A stretch of DNA of 64,000 nt from an uncultured Gemmataceae bacterium (GTDB lineage Bacteria > Planctomycetota > Planctomycetia > Gemmatales > Gemmataceae), in the NCBI GenBank assembly GCA_963750165.1, contig CAVVPN010000010.1, forward strand, positions 192,001 to 256,000, in the 5' to 3' direction. This document shows positions 38,503-47,662 of the stretch, one piece after another (within the stretch, counting starts at the first letter, position 1; every line of letters begins with the position of its first letter). The notes beneath the pieces were generated by a model. It was not told the origin of the DNA, searched no databases, and saw nothing but the letters and a program-made list of their open reading frames with translations. Made by a program: the position numbers and the translations under genes.

Positions 38503-40368
38503 ATGGCCGTACACGAACGGTCGAGTAAAATCCGCTGGCTCTTGCTAACGCTGGGGCTGCTGGCGCTGGCAGTCGCGCAGGCATCGGCGCAGGCACCAGC
38601 GCAGGAGGACCCGAGCGTCGCGCGGATGCGCAAGGACATTTTCTTCCTGGCCTCCGACGAACTGGAGGGCCGCGACTCCGGTACGCCGGGCAACAACAAG
38701 GCGGCGGAGCACATCGCCGCGGTGTTCAAGAAGGCGGGCCTGAAGCCCGGCGGCACCGATGGTTACTTCCAACCGTTCGCCTTCGGACGCCTCAGCCCCA
38801 AACTGGAGGGCGGCACCCTGACGCTGAAGGGGCCGCAGGGTCAGGTCGTCGAGCTGGCCGCGGGTAAGGACTTCACGGTAATGGGTAGCTCGGCCGCCGG
38901 CAAGCTGACCAACGCGCCGCTCGTGTTCGCCGGTTTCGGCATCAGCGGACCCGCGGCCAAATACGACGACTACAAGGACCTCGACGTGAAGGGCAAGGTC
39001 GTCATCGTCCTGCGCCGCACGCCGCGCTACCACGACGAACCGCCGCCGCAGTTCACCACGGCCCAGGCCAGCCTGGAAAACAAGTGGGCCCAGGCCCAGG
39101 CTCAGAAGGCCGCCGCGGTGCTGCTGATCAATGACGCGACCGAGAAGGGTGACACGCTCAGCGCGTTCGCCAAGCAGACGGGGCTGCGTGCCGCCACGGT
39201 GCCGGCGCTGCACGTTCGCCGGGCAGTGATCGACCACGTGCTGCAGTCCGGCCTGGGCATCGGCCTGAAGGAACTGGAGCAGGACATCAACCGCGACCTG
39301 AAGCCGCGCAGCGGCGCCGTCAAGGGCTGGACCGTCAGCGTGGAAACCAGGGTGAACCGGTCCGTCCCCACGACCAAAAACGTGATCGGCGTGCTCGAAG
39401 GTAGGGGGCCGTTGGCCAACGAGACGGTGGTGGTCGGCGCCCACTTCGACCACGTGGGCCGTGGGAACTTCGGCAGCCGGGGGTCAGGGGGCCAGGGCAA
39501 GATCCACTACGGGGCCGACGACAACGGTTCGGGCACCACCTCGGTCCTGGAACTGGCCCGCCGCTTCGGTGCCATGAGAGACCGCGAAGGCCGGCGGCTG
39601 GTGTTCATGTGCTTCAGCGGTGAGGAGCGCGGTCTGCTCGGCTCGCTTCACTACTGCCGGGAGCCGGTGTTCCCGCTCAAGGACACGGTGTTCATGCTCA
39701 ACCTGGACATGGTCGGCCGGCTGCACTTCGACAAGACCGTCAAGAAAGATGTGCTGGAGTGCGAGGGCATCAAGACCGGCGCGAACTTCGACACGCTGGC
39801 CACCAAGTTCAACGCGAAATACGGCTTCGACCTGTACCTGAAGCCGGGCAACATCCCGTACAGCGATCACTACTCGTTCTACCAAAAGCAGGTGCCGGTG
39901 CTGTTCTTCTGCACCGGCTTCCACCTGGACTACCATCGCCCCAGCGACACGGCGAACCGAATCAACGTCGTCGGCATGAAGAAGATCGTGGACCTGTCCC
40001 AGGACGTGCTGACCTACTTCGCCACGACGCCGGAGCGGCCGACGTGGACCCGGCTGGAGCCGTACTACAAGGCCACGTCGCCGACGCTGGGTGTCAAGTC
40101 GAGCCTGTTCGCCAACGCCGATGGCAACGGCGTAAACGTCACGGCGGTGCGGCCCGGCAGCCCGGCCGAGAAGGCGGGGCTCAAACGGGGGGACCGGATC
40201 ATCCTGTTGAACAAGCGCGAGATTCGCACCGAGGACAGTTACGAGCGTGTGATGCAGTCGCTCCAGGCCGGTCGAACCTATGACTGCGTCGTGGTCCGCA
40301 AGGATGACAAGGGCAAGGAACAGCAACTGACGCTCAAGGTGACGCCGGAGTCGGGGGCGTGGAAATAG
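38503..40368 (+). CDS. M28 aminopeptidase with PA and PDZ domains (paralog 1)
   Basis: GAHFDH, GADDNGSG, FSGEERGLLGS, NLDMVG, SDH; C-terminal PDZ; signal peptide. Confidence 0.93.
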   Translation: MAVHERSSKIRWLLLTLGLLALAVAQASAQAPAQEDPSVARMRKDIFFLASDELEGRDSGTPGNNKAAEHIAAVFKKAGLKPGGTDGYFQPFAFGRLSPKLEGGTLTLKGPQGQVVELAAGKDFTVMGSSAAGKLTNAPLVFAGFGISGPAAKYDDYKDLDVKGKVVIVLRRTPRYHDEPPPQFTTAQASLENKWAQAQAQKAAAVLLINDATEKGDTLSAFAKQTGLRAATVPALHVRRAVIDHVLQSGLGIGLKELEQDINRDLKPRSGAVKGWTVSVETRVNRSVPTTKNVIGVLEGRGPLANETVVVGAHFDHVGRGNFGSRGSGGQGKIHYGADDNGSGTTSVLELARRFGAMRDREGRRLVFMCFSGEERGLLGSLHYCREPVFPLKDTVFMLNLDMVGRLHFDKTVKKDVLECEGIKTGANFDTLATKFNAKYGFDLYLKPGNIPYSDHYSFYQKQVPVLFFCTGFHLDYHRPSDTANRINVVGMKKIVDLSQDVLTYFATTPERPTWTRLEPYYKATSPTLGVKSSLFANADGNGVNVTAVRPGSPAEKAGLKRGDRIILLNKREIRTEDSYERVMQSLQAGRTYDCVVVRKDDKGKEQQLTLKVTPESGAWK

Positions 40369-40390
40369 ACCGTCTGCGTTCTGCTCGCTT

Positions 40391-40420
40391 CGTGGGGCAG
40401 GCTGGAAAGCCTGCCCCACG
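40391..40420. repeat. GTGG-type REP hairpin
   Basis: CGTGGGGCAGGCT-GGAA-AGCCTGCCCCACG. Confidence 0.75.
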
Positions 40421-40498
40421 TGCAGCGGCAGAACCCCGGGCCCTGCTATAATCATCCTCATGTTGATCCTTCCAGGTTTTTCATGAGGAGACACCGAC

Positions 40499-42340
40499 AT
40501 GGCCGTGTGCGAACGGTCGAGCAAATACCGCGGGCTGCTGCTGACGCTGGGGCTGCTGGTGCTGGCGGTCGCGCAGGCGCCGGCGCAGGCGCAGGACGCC
40601 AGCGTCGCGCGGATGCGCAAGGACATTTTCTTCCTGGCTTCCGACGAGTGCGAGGGCCGCGGCATCGAGACGCAGGGCATCAACAAGGCGGCGGCCTACA
40701 TCGCGGCGCAGTTCAAGCAGGCGGGCCTCAAGCCGGGCGGCACCAACGGTTACGAGCAGCCCTTCCCCATTCGCGTCGGCCAGGCGAAGGTGGACGGCCC
40801 GGCCACGCTGACGCTGAAGGGGCCGCAGGGCCAGGTCATCGTGCTGTCATCCGGCAAGGATTTTAGCGTCATGGGCCTGTCCGGCTCCGGCAAGGTGACG
40901 GCCGCCCCGCTGGTGTTCGCCGGCCACGGCGTCACGGTGCCGGCCATCAAGTACGACGACTACGCGGGCCTCGACGTGGCCGGCAAGGTCGTCCTGGTGA
41001 TCCGCCGGGTGCCGCGCTGGAGCAACACGCAGAACCCGTTCGCCGGCGACCGCGACGCCCACGCCGGCCTGGAACGCAAGATCGCCACGGCGGTCAGCCA
41101 CAAGGCCGCCGCGGTGCTGCTGGTCAACGATCCCAGCGAGAAAGGCGATTTCCTGAGCGTGTTCGCCGATCAGGCGGAGTTGCGCGGCACCACAGTGCCG
41201 GCACTGCACGTCCGCCGGGCGGTCATCGACCCCCTACTGCAATCCGGGCTGGGCACCGGCCTGAAAGAACTGGAGCGCGACATCGACCGCGACCTGAAGC
41301 CGCGCAGCGGCGCCGTCAAGGGCTGGACCGTCAGCCTGGAAGTGAAGGTCAAGGCCAGGGTCATCACGGCGAAAAACATCATCGGCGTGCTCGAAGGCAA
41401 GGGGCCGCTGGCCAACGAGACGGTCGTGGTCGGCGCCCACTACGATCACCTGGGCCGCGGCGAATACGGCAGCCTGGCCAAACCGGAGGACCGCAAGCAG
41501 ATCCACCACGGGGCCGACGACAACGCCTCCGGCAGCACGGCGGTGATGGAGCTGGCCCGCCGCTTCGGCGCCATGAAGAACCGCCAGGGGCGGCGGCTGG
41601 TGTTCATGAGCTTCAGCGGCGAGGAGCGCGGCCTGCTCGGCTCAGCGTTCTACTGCAACAAGCAGCCGCTGCTGCCGCTCAAGGACACGGTGCTCATGCT
41701 CAACCTGGACATGGTCGGCCGGCTCCAGGACAACAAACTGCTCTGCGAGGGCGTCAAGACCGGCACCGGCTTCGAGGCGCTGGTGGACAAATTCAACGAG
41801 AAGTACAGGTTCGCGGTCAGCAAGCGGCCGGGCGGGTCCGATTACAGCGATCACGCTTCGTTCTACCGTCAGGGCGTGCCGGTCCTCTTTTACTGGACGA
41901 ACACGCATCCGGACTACCACCGCCCCAGCGACACGGCGGACAAGATCAACCTGGCCGGCATGAAGAAGATCGTGGACCTGTCGCAGGACGTATTGACGTA
42001 CTTCGCCACCACGCCGGAGCGGCCGAAGTACCAGAAAGTGGCGGCCGACACCACGACGACGCCGCGTGTCAAGGGGCCGACGCTCGGCATCGCGCCGGAC
42101 TACAACGACAAGAAGGACGGCCTGCTGATCGCCAGCGTGTCGCCGGGCCGGCCGGCGGAGAAGGCGGGCCTCAAGTCCGGTGACAAGATTGTGTCACTGG
42201 CCAACCGTGAGGTGCGCGACATCCAGACGTACATGGCGGTGATGGCCACCGTCCAGGCCGGCCAGCCGATTGAGGTGGTGGTGCTGCGCCAGGGCAAGCG
42301 CGTCACGCTCAAGGTGACGCCGGACGGGCCCAAGAAGTAA
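40499..42340 (+). CDS. M28 aminopeptidase with PA and PDZ domains (paralog 2)
   Basis: GAHYDH, GADDNASG, FSGEERGLLGS, NLDMVG, SDH; PDZ. Confidence 0.93.
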   Translation: MAVCERSSKYRGLLLTLGLLVLAVAQAPAQAQDASVARMRKDIFFLASDECEGRGIETQGINKAAAYIAAQFKQAGLKPGGTNGYEQPFPIRVGQAKVDGPATLTLKGPQGQVIVLSSGKDFSVMGLSGSGKVTAAPLVFAGHGVTVPAIKYDDYAGLDVAGKVVLVIRRVPRWSNTQNPFAGDRDAHAGLERKIATAVSHKAAAVLLVNDPSEKGDFLSVFADQAELRGTTVPALHVRRAVIDPLLQSGLGTGLKELERDIDRDLKPRSGAVKGWTVSLEVKVKARVITAKNIIGVLEGKGPLANETVVVGAHYDHLGRGEYGSLAKPEDRKQIHHGADDNASGSTAVMELARRFGAMKNRQGRRLVFMSFSGEERGLLGSAFYCNKQPLLPLKDTVLMLNLDMVGRLQDNKLLCEGVKTGTGFEALVDKFNEKYRFAVSKRPGGSDYSDHASFYRQGVPVLFYWTNTHPDYHRPSDTADKINLAGMKKIVDLSQDVLTYFATTPERPKYQKVAADTTTTPRVKGPTLGIAPDYNDKKDGLLIASVSPGRPAEKAGLKSGDKIVSLANREVRDIQTYMAVMATVQAGQPIEVVVLRQGKRVTLKVTPDGPKK

Positions 42341-42393
42341 AGCGAAAAGACGAAACCCACGAAAAAAGACCGAAAGAATAAGGAGACAAGAAA

Positions 42394-42444
42394 GAACACC
42401 AACCCGGTTTAGCCGCGACGCGCGGCTAAACCGGGTTGGTGTTC
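42394..42444. terminator. Long perfect hairpin between convergent genes
   Basis: GAACACCAACCCGGTTTAGCCGCG-ACG-CGCGGCTAAACCGGGTTGGTGTTC. Confidence 0.65.
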
Positions 42445-42472
42445 GGCGACTCCTTACTTCGGATGGCCGGCG

Positions 42473-42616
42473 TCACCACTTGAAGCTGTACTGCAAATAG
42501 AACAGGTCCGGCGCCGGCATGACCCCCGCCTTTTGCAGGTAATCGCCCAGGAACAGCTGGGAATAACCGGAACTTTCCTTGAGCCGGTTCCGCCGGCCCC
42601 ACGCGAAGAGCATCAT
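42473..42616 (-). pseudogene. 47-aa ORF ending in an outer-membrane beta-barrel C-terminus (alginate-export-porin-like remnant)
   Basis: ...SGYSQLFLGDYLQKAGVMPAPDLFYLQYSFKW*. Confidence 0.55.
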
Positions 42617-44853
42617 CGCGCCAGCGGAAACGCCCTCACCTTGGTCGCGGATTGCGACAGCAGCCGGCCGCCGTGGATCACCAGATTGCCGAGCAGTTCC
42701 GTCTGCGGTAGCGCCTGCCGCGCCACCACCTGGCCGCGTCCCAGGTCAATCGTCCACAGGGCCACCGTTTTGCCGCGCACCGGCAGCGTACACAGGCCGT
42801 CGGCCCCCAGCACGCCCAGGCCGGTCGGCTCGTCAATGGCCAACTTCCACACTTCGCTGCCGTCCTGCAATGACAACGCCCGGCAGTGGTCGCGGCCGAC
42901 CAGCAGCACCCGACCGCCGTGGACGCCCGCCACGTAGTGCGCGCCGTCGCGCTTGACCCGCCAGCGCGGCTTGCCGTCGCGCAGGTCCAGGCAGTGAACG
43001 GCGTCGTCGTCCGGGCCGGCGTAAATCACCGCGCCGGCGTGCAGCACCGGCGCCGACGCCCGCCAGGTGGGCCGCCGGAACGTGAGCTTTTCGGGTTTGG
43101 TTTCGCCGGTCGGTCGGTAACCGTGCATCCAGAGCACCGTCTGCGTCGCCAGGTCCACGCCGAGCAGGACGCCGGCGTTGGTCGGGCAGACCAGCACACC
43201 ATCCTGGTAGGCCAGATGGCACGCCTGCGTTCGCCGGTTCGGGTCGGCAAAGAATTTCTCCTGCACGGTCGCCAGCGGCTGCACCGACAGCGCTTCGCCC
43301 CGGGCGGGATCGACGCACACCAGGCGGAGGGTGCCGTCGTTCTTTTCGTTGAGCACGTAGAGTTTGTCGGCGAGCGGCAGCGGGGCGCCGAGGAAGTGGC
43401 TCTCGTGGAACGGGTCTTTCTTGTCTATGTTCCGGGGTTCAAAGCCCTGGCCGAGCCGCCAGGCCAACTTGCCGGTGTCCAGCTCGAACGCCTGCAGGTT
43501 GTTCCAGAACACGCGCGGCTTGATGTCCTCGCTGTACTGGTCGGGGGTGGTCCGGACGTTGTTCGACAGGAAGGCGGGCGGGACCGGCACCGCCAGGTCA
43601 TCGACGCTGAACACAAACTTGTGGTCGGTGGACAGCGCGCCGATCTGCTCGTTCTCGAAGACGACCGGACTGCGCCCGTCCTTGTCGTAAGCCGTCAACC
43701 AATTGTCCACGATCGGACGAACGAGGTTTTTGCCGTCCGGGATCATCAGAATTCCAAGACTGCTTTCAAACGGCGTGCTTTTCCACCAAATTTCACCAGG
43801 CTTGATGACCACGTTGCCGTCCCGGTACTCCCGCAGCGTTGCTGCGGTGATCCCGCAGTAAGTGAGGTACGCCACCTGGTTGCCGACGACGATGGGGGAA
43901 GCGCTCGGGGCCAGGAAACCGTTGTTCTTCTGGAGGTTGGCCAGTGCCTTCTTGAGCCACTCCGCGGCTCTCGGACTCGGGTCAGGGTCGTCGCCCCTGT
44001 CCATCCGGTCCATCATGGTCGGCCGCGCCCACTGCTGGGCCTTGACCTTCGGCACGCCCGCCGGCCCATAACCGTTGCGCGCCGCGTTGCCGCGGAACAG
44101 CGGCCAGTCACCCGTCGCGATCTTGATGCGCTCCAGCTCGACTTCCAGGTCCTTCAGCTTCACGGGCTCCTTTTGCAGCAGCACTTGCAACCGCCTCACC
44201 AGCCGATCCGCGTTGGCCTTGTCGCCGGCGCGGCGGTACGCGGCCGCCGTCCGGTGCAGCAGGTCCGCCTCCGCCTTCGCAGCCGGCGGCCGGCGCAGCG
44301 CCTGATCCAGGCACAGCGCCGCCTCCAGGCGCCGCCCCTTGCCGGCGTGCGCTTCGGCCAGCAGCAGCAGCGCCTCACGGCCCGCGTCGGTGTGCGCGAA
44401 GCGCCGCGCCACCTGCGCCAGCAGGGCCGCGTCCTTCTGCTGCCGGGCCTTCTTGAACAGCGCGTCCGCCTGGGGCCCGGCGTGTTTCCGATAGGCCGCC
44501 AGTCCCGGCGGCGGCAGGGCGGCCAGCTGGGCGTCGGCGACGGTGTGCGGGCTGAGCCAGTGGGTTGTCTCCTTGCCGTCGGCCCACCGCCGCGGCACCG
44601 GCACCAGCACGCCCGGCGACACGTCCAGCAGTTGTTGCAGCCCGAGGGCGGCGTCCGGCCACTCCTGTTTCTTGAGCGCGTTCGTCGTCACGCGCAGCAG
44701 GTCGGACAGCGCCGCCCACTGCTTCGGGGTGTTGGCCGACTGATCGACGGCAACGGTCGTGACCGGCGCGTCTGGCGGTTGCTGGGCCGCCGCCGGCGCG
44801 AGGCCGAGCAGCAGGCCGGCGAACAGCGACGGAATGAGGCGTAGCGTGGACAT
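42613..44853 (-). CDS. Exported PQQ-like (BamB-type) beta-propeller protein with TPR-like N-region
   Basis: Signal peptide MSTLRLIPSLFAGLLLGLAPAAA; DWPLFRGNAARNG; FLGAPLP; LVCPTNAGVLLGVD. Confidence 0.85.
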   Translation of the reverse strand: MSTLRLIPSLFAGLLLGLAPAAAQQPPDAPVTTVAVDQSANTPKQWAALSDLLRVTTNALKKQEWPDAALGLQQLLDVSPGVLVPVPRRWADGKETTHWLSPHTVADAQLAALPPPGLAAYRKHAGPQADALFKKARQQKDAALLAQVARRFAHTDAGREALLLLAEAHAGKGRRLEAALCLDQALRRPPAAKAEADLLHRTAAAYRRAGDKANADRLVRRLQVLLQKEPVKLKDLEVELERIKIATGDWPLFRGNAARNGYGPAGVPKVKAQQWARPTMMDRMDRGDDPDPSPRAAEWLKKALANLQKNNGFLAPSASPIVVGNQVAYLTYCGITAATLREYRDGNVVIKPGEIWWKSTPFESSLGILMIPDGKNLVRPIVDNWLTAYDKDGRSPVVFENEQIGALSTDHKFVFSVDDLAVPVPPAFLSNNVRTTPDQYSEDIKPRVFWNNLQAFELDTGKLAWRLGQGFEPRNIDKKDPFHESHFLGAPLPLADKLYVLNEKNDGTLRLVCVDPARGEALSVQPLATVQEKFFADPNRRTQACHLAYQDGVLVCPTNAGVLLGVDLATQTVLWMHGYRPTGETKPEKLTFRRPTWRASAPVLHAGAVIYAGPDDDAVHCLDLRDGKPRWRVKRDGAHYVAGVHGGRVLLVGRDHCRALSLQDGSEVWKLAIDEPTGLGVLGADGLCTLPVRGKTVALWTIDLGRGQVVARQALPQTELLGNLVIHGGRLLSQSATKVRAFPLAR

Positions 44854-44946
44854 GACGAATGCTCCTGGTTGTCTGGGCCGGACTGTGTGATTGTCGCGCG
44901 CCGCCGGCCGAGATACCAGGAGCAAATGAGACCGTGCCGTCACTTC

Positions 44947-45005
44947 CCGTGGTGCAGGCGGCTCGCCTGCAGCGGACTGCCGCAGGCGAGCCGCCCGCAC
45001 CACGG
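44947..45005. repeat. GTGG-type REP doublet
   Basis: CCGTGGTGCAGGCGGCTCGCCTGC ... GCAGGCGAGCCGCCCGCACCACGG. Confidence 0.75.
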
Positions 45006-45014
45006 CCAGAAATG

Positions 45015-46184
45015 TCACGGGGCCTTCTTCAACGTGAACTCCTCGAAGCCCACCGCGAACGGCGTGGTGCTCGAATTGATTACCGACAGGCCGACCTTCA
45101 ACCGAGCCGGCCAGAGTGTGTCAATCGGGTGCAGTTTTTTCCACTTGCTGCCGTCAAAGGAAATGCTGCCGAAGATGCGACTGCCCTTGCGTTCCATGCG
45201 CAGGTAGCAGTCGCCACCGGGGAAGACCTCGTTGTGCAGCGCCCCGCGGTAGCCGGCCTCGCGCTCCTCGAACAGCACAATCGTACCGATTTTTTTGTTG
45301 CGCAGCATGGCGCCGCGCTCCAGGCGGATGAAGTTGTCGGAGTTGTTCCAGATCAGGATGCCGGCGCCGTGGAAGGGCACGCCCTTGGGGTTGGTCGATT
45401 TGCCGCCCGGCTTGAAGTCGCCCGTCACCTTCACCGTGACGACGAAATCGCCCTCGACCGTTTGCAGGACGCGCGGCGAGTTGAGCTTGCCGGTGTCGGG
45501 GTTCAGGTCGTGCCAGGTGCCCGGCACCGTGATGGTTAGTTTCTTGGCGTCCGGTAGGAACACGCAGTCCTTGCCCGGGTTGATGGCCAGGCCCCAGCCT
45601 TTCAGTTCCATGCCCGTCGGCTCCGGCTCCGGTTTGCCGGCCGCCCGCACCTGGCCCGGCCCCAGCGTCAGCGAACCGAGGAAGCGGCCCGTGTCCACGG
45701 GCAGTTCCCGGTTCGGCGCCGACACCACCATGACCGCGTAAATCGACCGGCCATCCAGGTACTCACGGACGCGGATGGTGACCGTGCCCTCTTCCGCGAT
45801 CGGTTTGCCGCGGACGGTGAAATCGCGACCGATCCGGCCGTCGGCCCGCACCTTCTTCTGGCTGAGTACCTTGCCGTTCCACTCCTCCGCCAGGAAGTCG
45901 CGCTCGGCGTTGAGTTCCGCCTCTTCAGTGCCCTTGACGATGGCCGTGGGGTGCTCGATCTTGTAGGCGATGTAGTAGGCGTTTTGCGCCTTGCAGCCGA
46001 GGACCAGAATCTTGATGGTGCCGCCGGCCCCCTTGCGCATGCGCGACTTCTGCATGGTCAGCTTGCCGGGCATTTCGACCGAGAACTGCCCCGCTTTTGA
46101 GGTGATGGTCTGCCACGAGGTTTGTGCGGGCGCCGGTAAGAAACCGGCCGCAGCGAACAAGGGGATGAGTGCAGCGAGGCGCAT
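45015..46184 (-). CDS. Exported two-domain protein with a C-terminal DUF1349/ConA-like domain
   Basis: Signal peptide; FSVEMPG N-domain; SPRVLQTVEGDFVVTVKV, AGILIW, YLRMERKG. Confidence 0.75.
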   Translation of the reverse strand: MRLAALIPLFAAAGFLPAPAQTSWQTITSKAGQFSVEMPGKLTMQKSRMRKGAGGTIKILVLGCKAQNAYYIAYKIEHPTAIVKGTEEAELNAERDFLAEEWNGKVLSQKKVRADGRIGRDFTVRGKPIAEEGTVTIRVREYLDGRSIYAVMVVSAPNRELPVDTGRFLGSLTLGPGQVRAAGKPEPEPTGMELKGWGLAINPGKDCVFLPDAKKLTITVPGTWHDLNPDTGKLNSPRVLQTVEGDFVVTVKVTGDFKPGGKSTNPKGVPFHGAGILIWNNSDNFIRLERGAMLRNKKIGTIVLFEEREAGYRGALHNEVFPGGDCYLRMERKGSRIFGSISFDGSKWKKLHPIDTLWPARLKVGLSVINSSTTPFAVGFEEFTLKKAP

Positions 46185-46352
46185 CGGTTGGCCCTCCGGT
46201 GAACGGGGACTGGGAAAAGCACACGCAGCGACGGTCCCGCTCTCCTGCCGTCAGGCGAATGGCTACCGGCGGTGCTTCGCAAGAGATAACCCCGGCGGCG
46301 CGCCGCGGTTGCACTCGGGCGCTGGAAAGTGGCGGTTTGGTTCGGGGAAAGA

Positions 46353-46587
46353 TCAGTCCAGGTACGCCCGCCGGGCCGCCTGATCCTCGTCCAGCGCCAG
46401 GGGCAATTCCGGCAAGGGCTGACCGACCCTGAGGAGGCGACGCCAGAGAACGATTTGTGTGCCCATTTCCTCGTCGCAGGGCATGGGGCTGCCGATCCGA
46501 TAACTGATCACATGCGAGCAGTTGCGCCAGCCAGAGCCGGTGAACGCCGTCCCCGCCCCGTTCGTCCTTCCAATCGTGCAGCGGCAT
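46353..46587 (-). pseudogene. Internally deleted DUF4058-family gene
   Basis: N-terminus MPLHDWKDERGGDGVH joined out of frame to C-terminus LWRRLLRVGQPLPELPLAL..ARRAYLD*. Confidence 0.65.
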
Positions 46588-46647
46588 GACCTGGCCTCCC
46601 CGCCAGCAGAACAAAGAGGTCATCCGCAAGGAAAAGTGCGGAAAAGG

Positions 46648-46842
46648 TCATCGCGCGTTCTGCCCGTCCGAAGCCCCGGTTGCATCGTCCTTCGCTTCGG
46701 GTGACGGCTTGCGGAACCCATACGGGCAGTGCCGGCAACCGCTCTGACAACAGTAACCGCGGCGCCGCAGGAACTCCGCGGTGAACACCCAGCGGCCGCC
46801 CTCGACGTAGTAGTCCCGCCCCGGCACCAGTTGCTCTGCCAT
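46648..46842 (-). CDS. DUF5522-family Cys-rich small protein
   Basis: DYYVEGGRWVFTAEFLRRRGYCCQSGCRHCPYG. Confidence 0.85.
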   Translation of the reverse strand: MAEQLVPGRDYYVEGGRWVFTAEFLRRRGYCCQSGCRHCPYGFRKPSPEAKDDATGASDGQNAR

Positions 46843-46881
46843 GACCGTCTGCGACAGCCGCCGCCCTCCGCGTGTTGCCCG

Positions 46882-47607
46882 TCAGGAGATGTGTAACAAC
46901 CGACAGGTTTCCTCGTAACCCGGTTCGAGCGGCAGCAGCACGCGGAGGTCGGGGGTCAGCCAGAGCGGCAGCGTCGGCAGCGGCTGCCCCAGTGTCATGG
47001 GAACATACCACACGTCGAGCAGGGACCGCTTCGGTGACCGTTTGCGGTTCCGGGTCGTGACCGCGTACAGGGGCGGCGGCGCCGGGTCGAGGCGCGGGTC
47101 CGCGGCGCCGGACACTTCCAGCAGGTCCGCATACAGGTTGAACTGCTGGGCCGTGACCAGATCCACGATCGCGACGCAGATGTCGCGCTGCAGGAGGGCC
47201 GCGAGCTTGGCCACGAACGCCCCGCGGCTTTCCGGCCGGTCCTTGTTCGACGGGCTGGCGATCTCGATGGCCGCGACCAGCTGCCGGCCGTGTTCGGCGT
47301 CGTAAATGCGCACCTCGTACTCGCTCGGGTCGGGCAGGTCCACTTCCAGGGTCCGAGCGGGTTCCGGGGTTGTCGCGGTGATGACACTACCGTTCCCCGT
47401 ACCAGGAGCGGATTCGATCACTATCGGCTCATTCACCTGACAGTCCACCGCGAATGCTTTTCCCAAATGGGCAATCGGTGCGGCGACGTAACCCGAGGGG
47501 AGGAGATCAAACAGTTGCCGGACGATCGTGGCCGGCCACATGCCGTGCAGTTCGTTCCAGGAGTGGTGTTTGCTCACGGGCGGATGAAAGTGGTCGCGCA
47601 ATGGCAT
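46882..47607 (-). CDS. DUF4058-family protein (restriction-endonuclease-like fold)
   Basis: MPLRDHFHPP, LVAAIEIASPSNKDRP, GQPLPTLPLWL. Confidence 0.88.
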   Translation of the reverse strand: MPLRDHFHPPVSKHHSWNELHGMWPATIVRQLFDLLPSGYVAAPIAHLGKAFAVDCQVNEPIVIESAPGTGNGSVITATTPEPARTLEVDLPDPSEYEVRIYDAEHGRQLVAAIEIASPSNKDRPESRGAFVAKLAALLQRDICVAIVDLVTAQQFNLYADLLEVSGAADPRLDPAPPPLYAVTTRNRKRSPKRSLLDVWYVPMTLGQPLPTLPLWLTPDLRVLLPLEPGYEETCRLLHIS

Positions 47608-47662
47608 GGTGTGATCCCTCCCGGCGCGGCCGCCGGAGGTCCGGCAGCCGCGCCCAGTTTTG

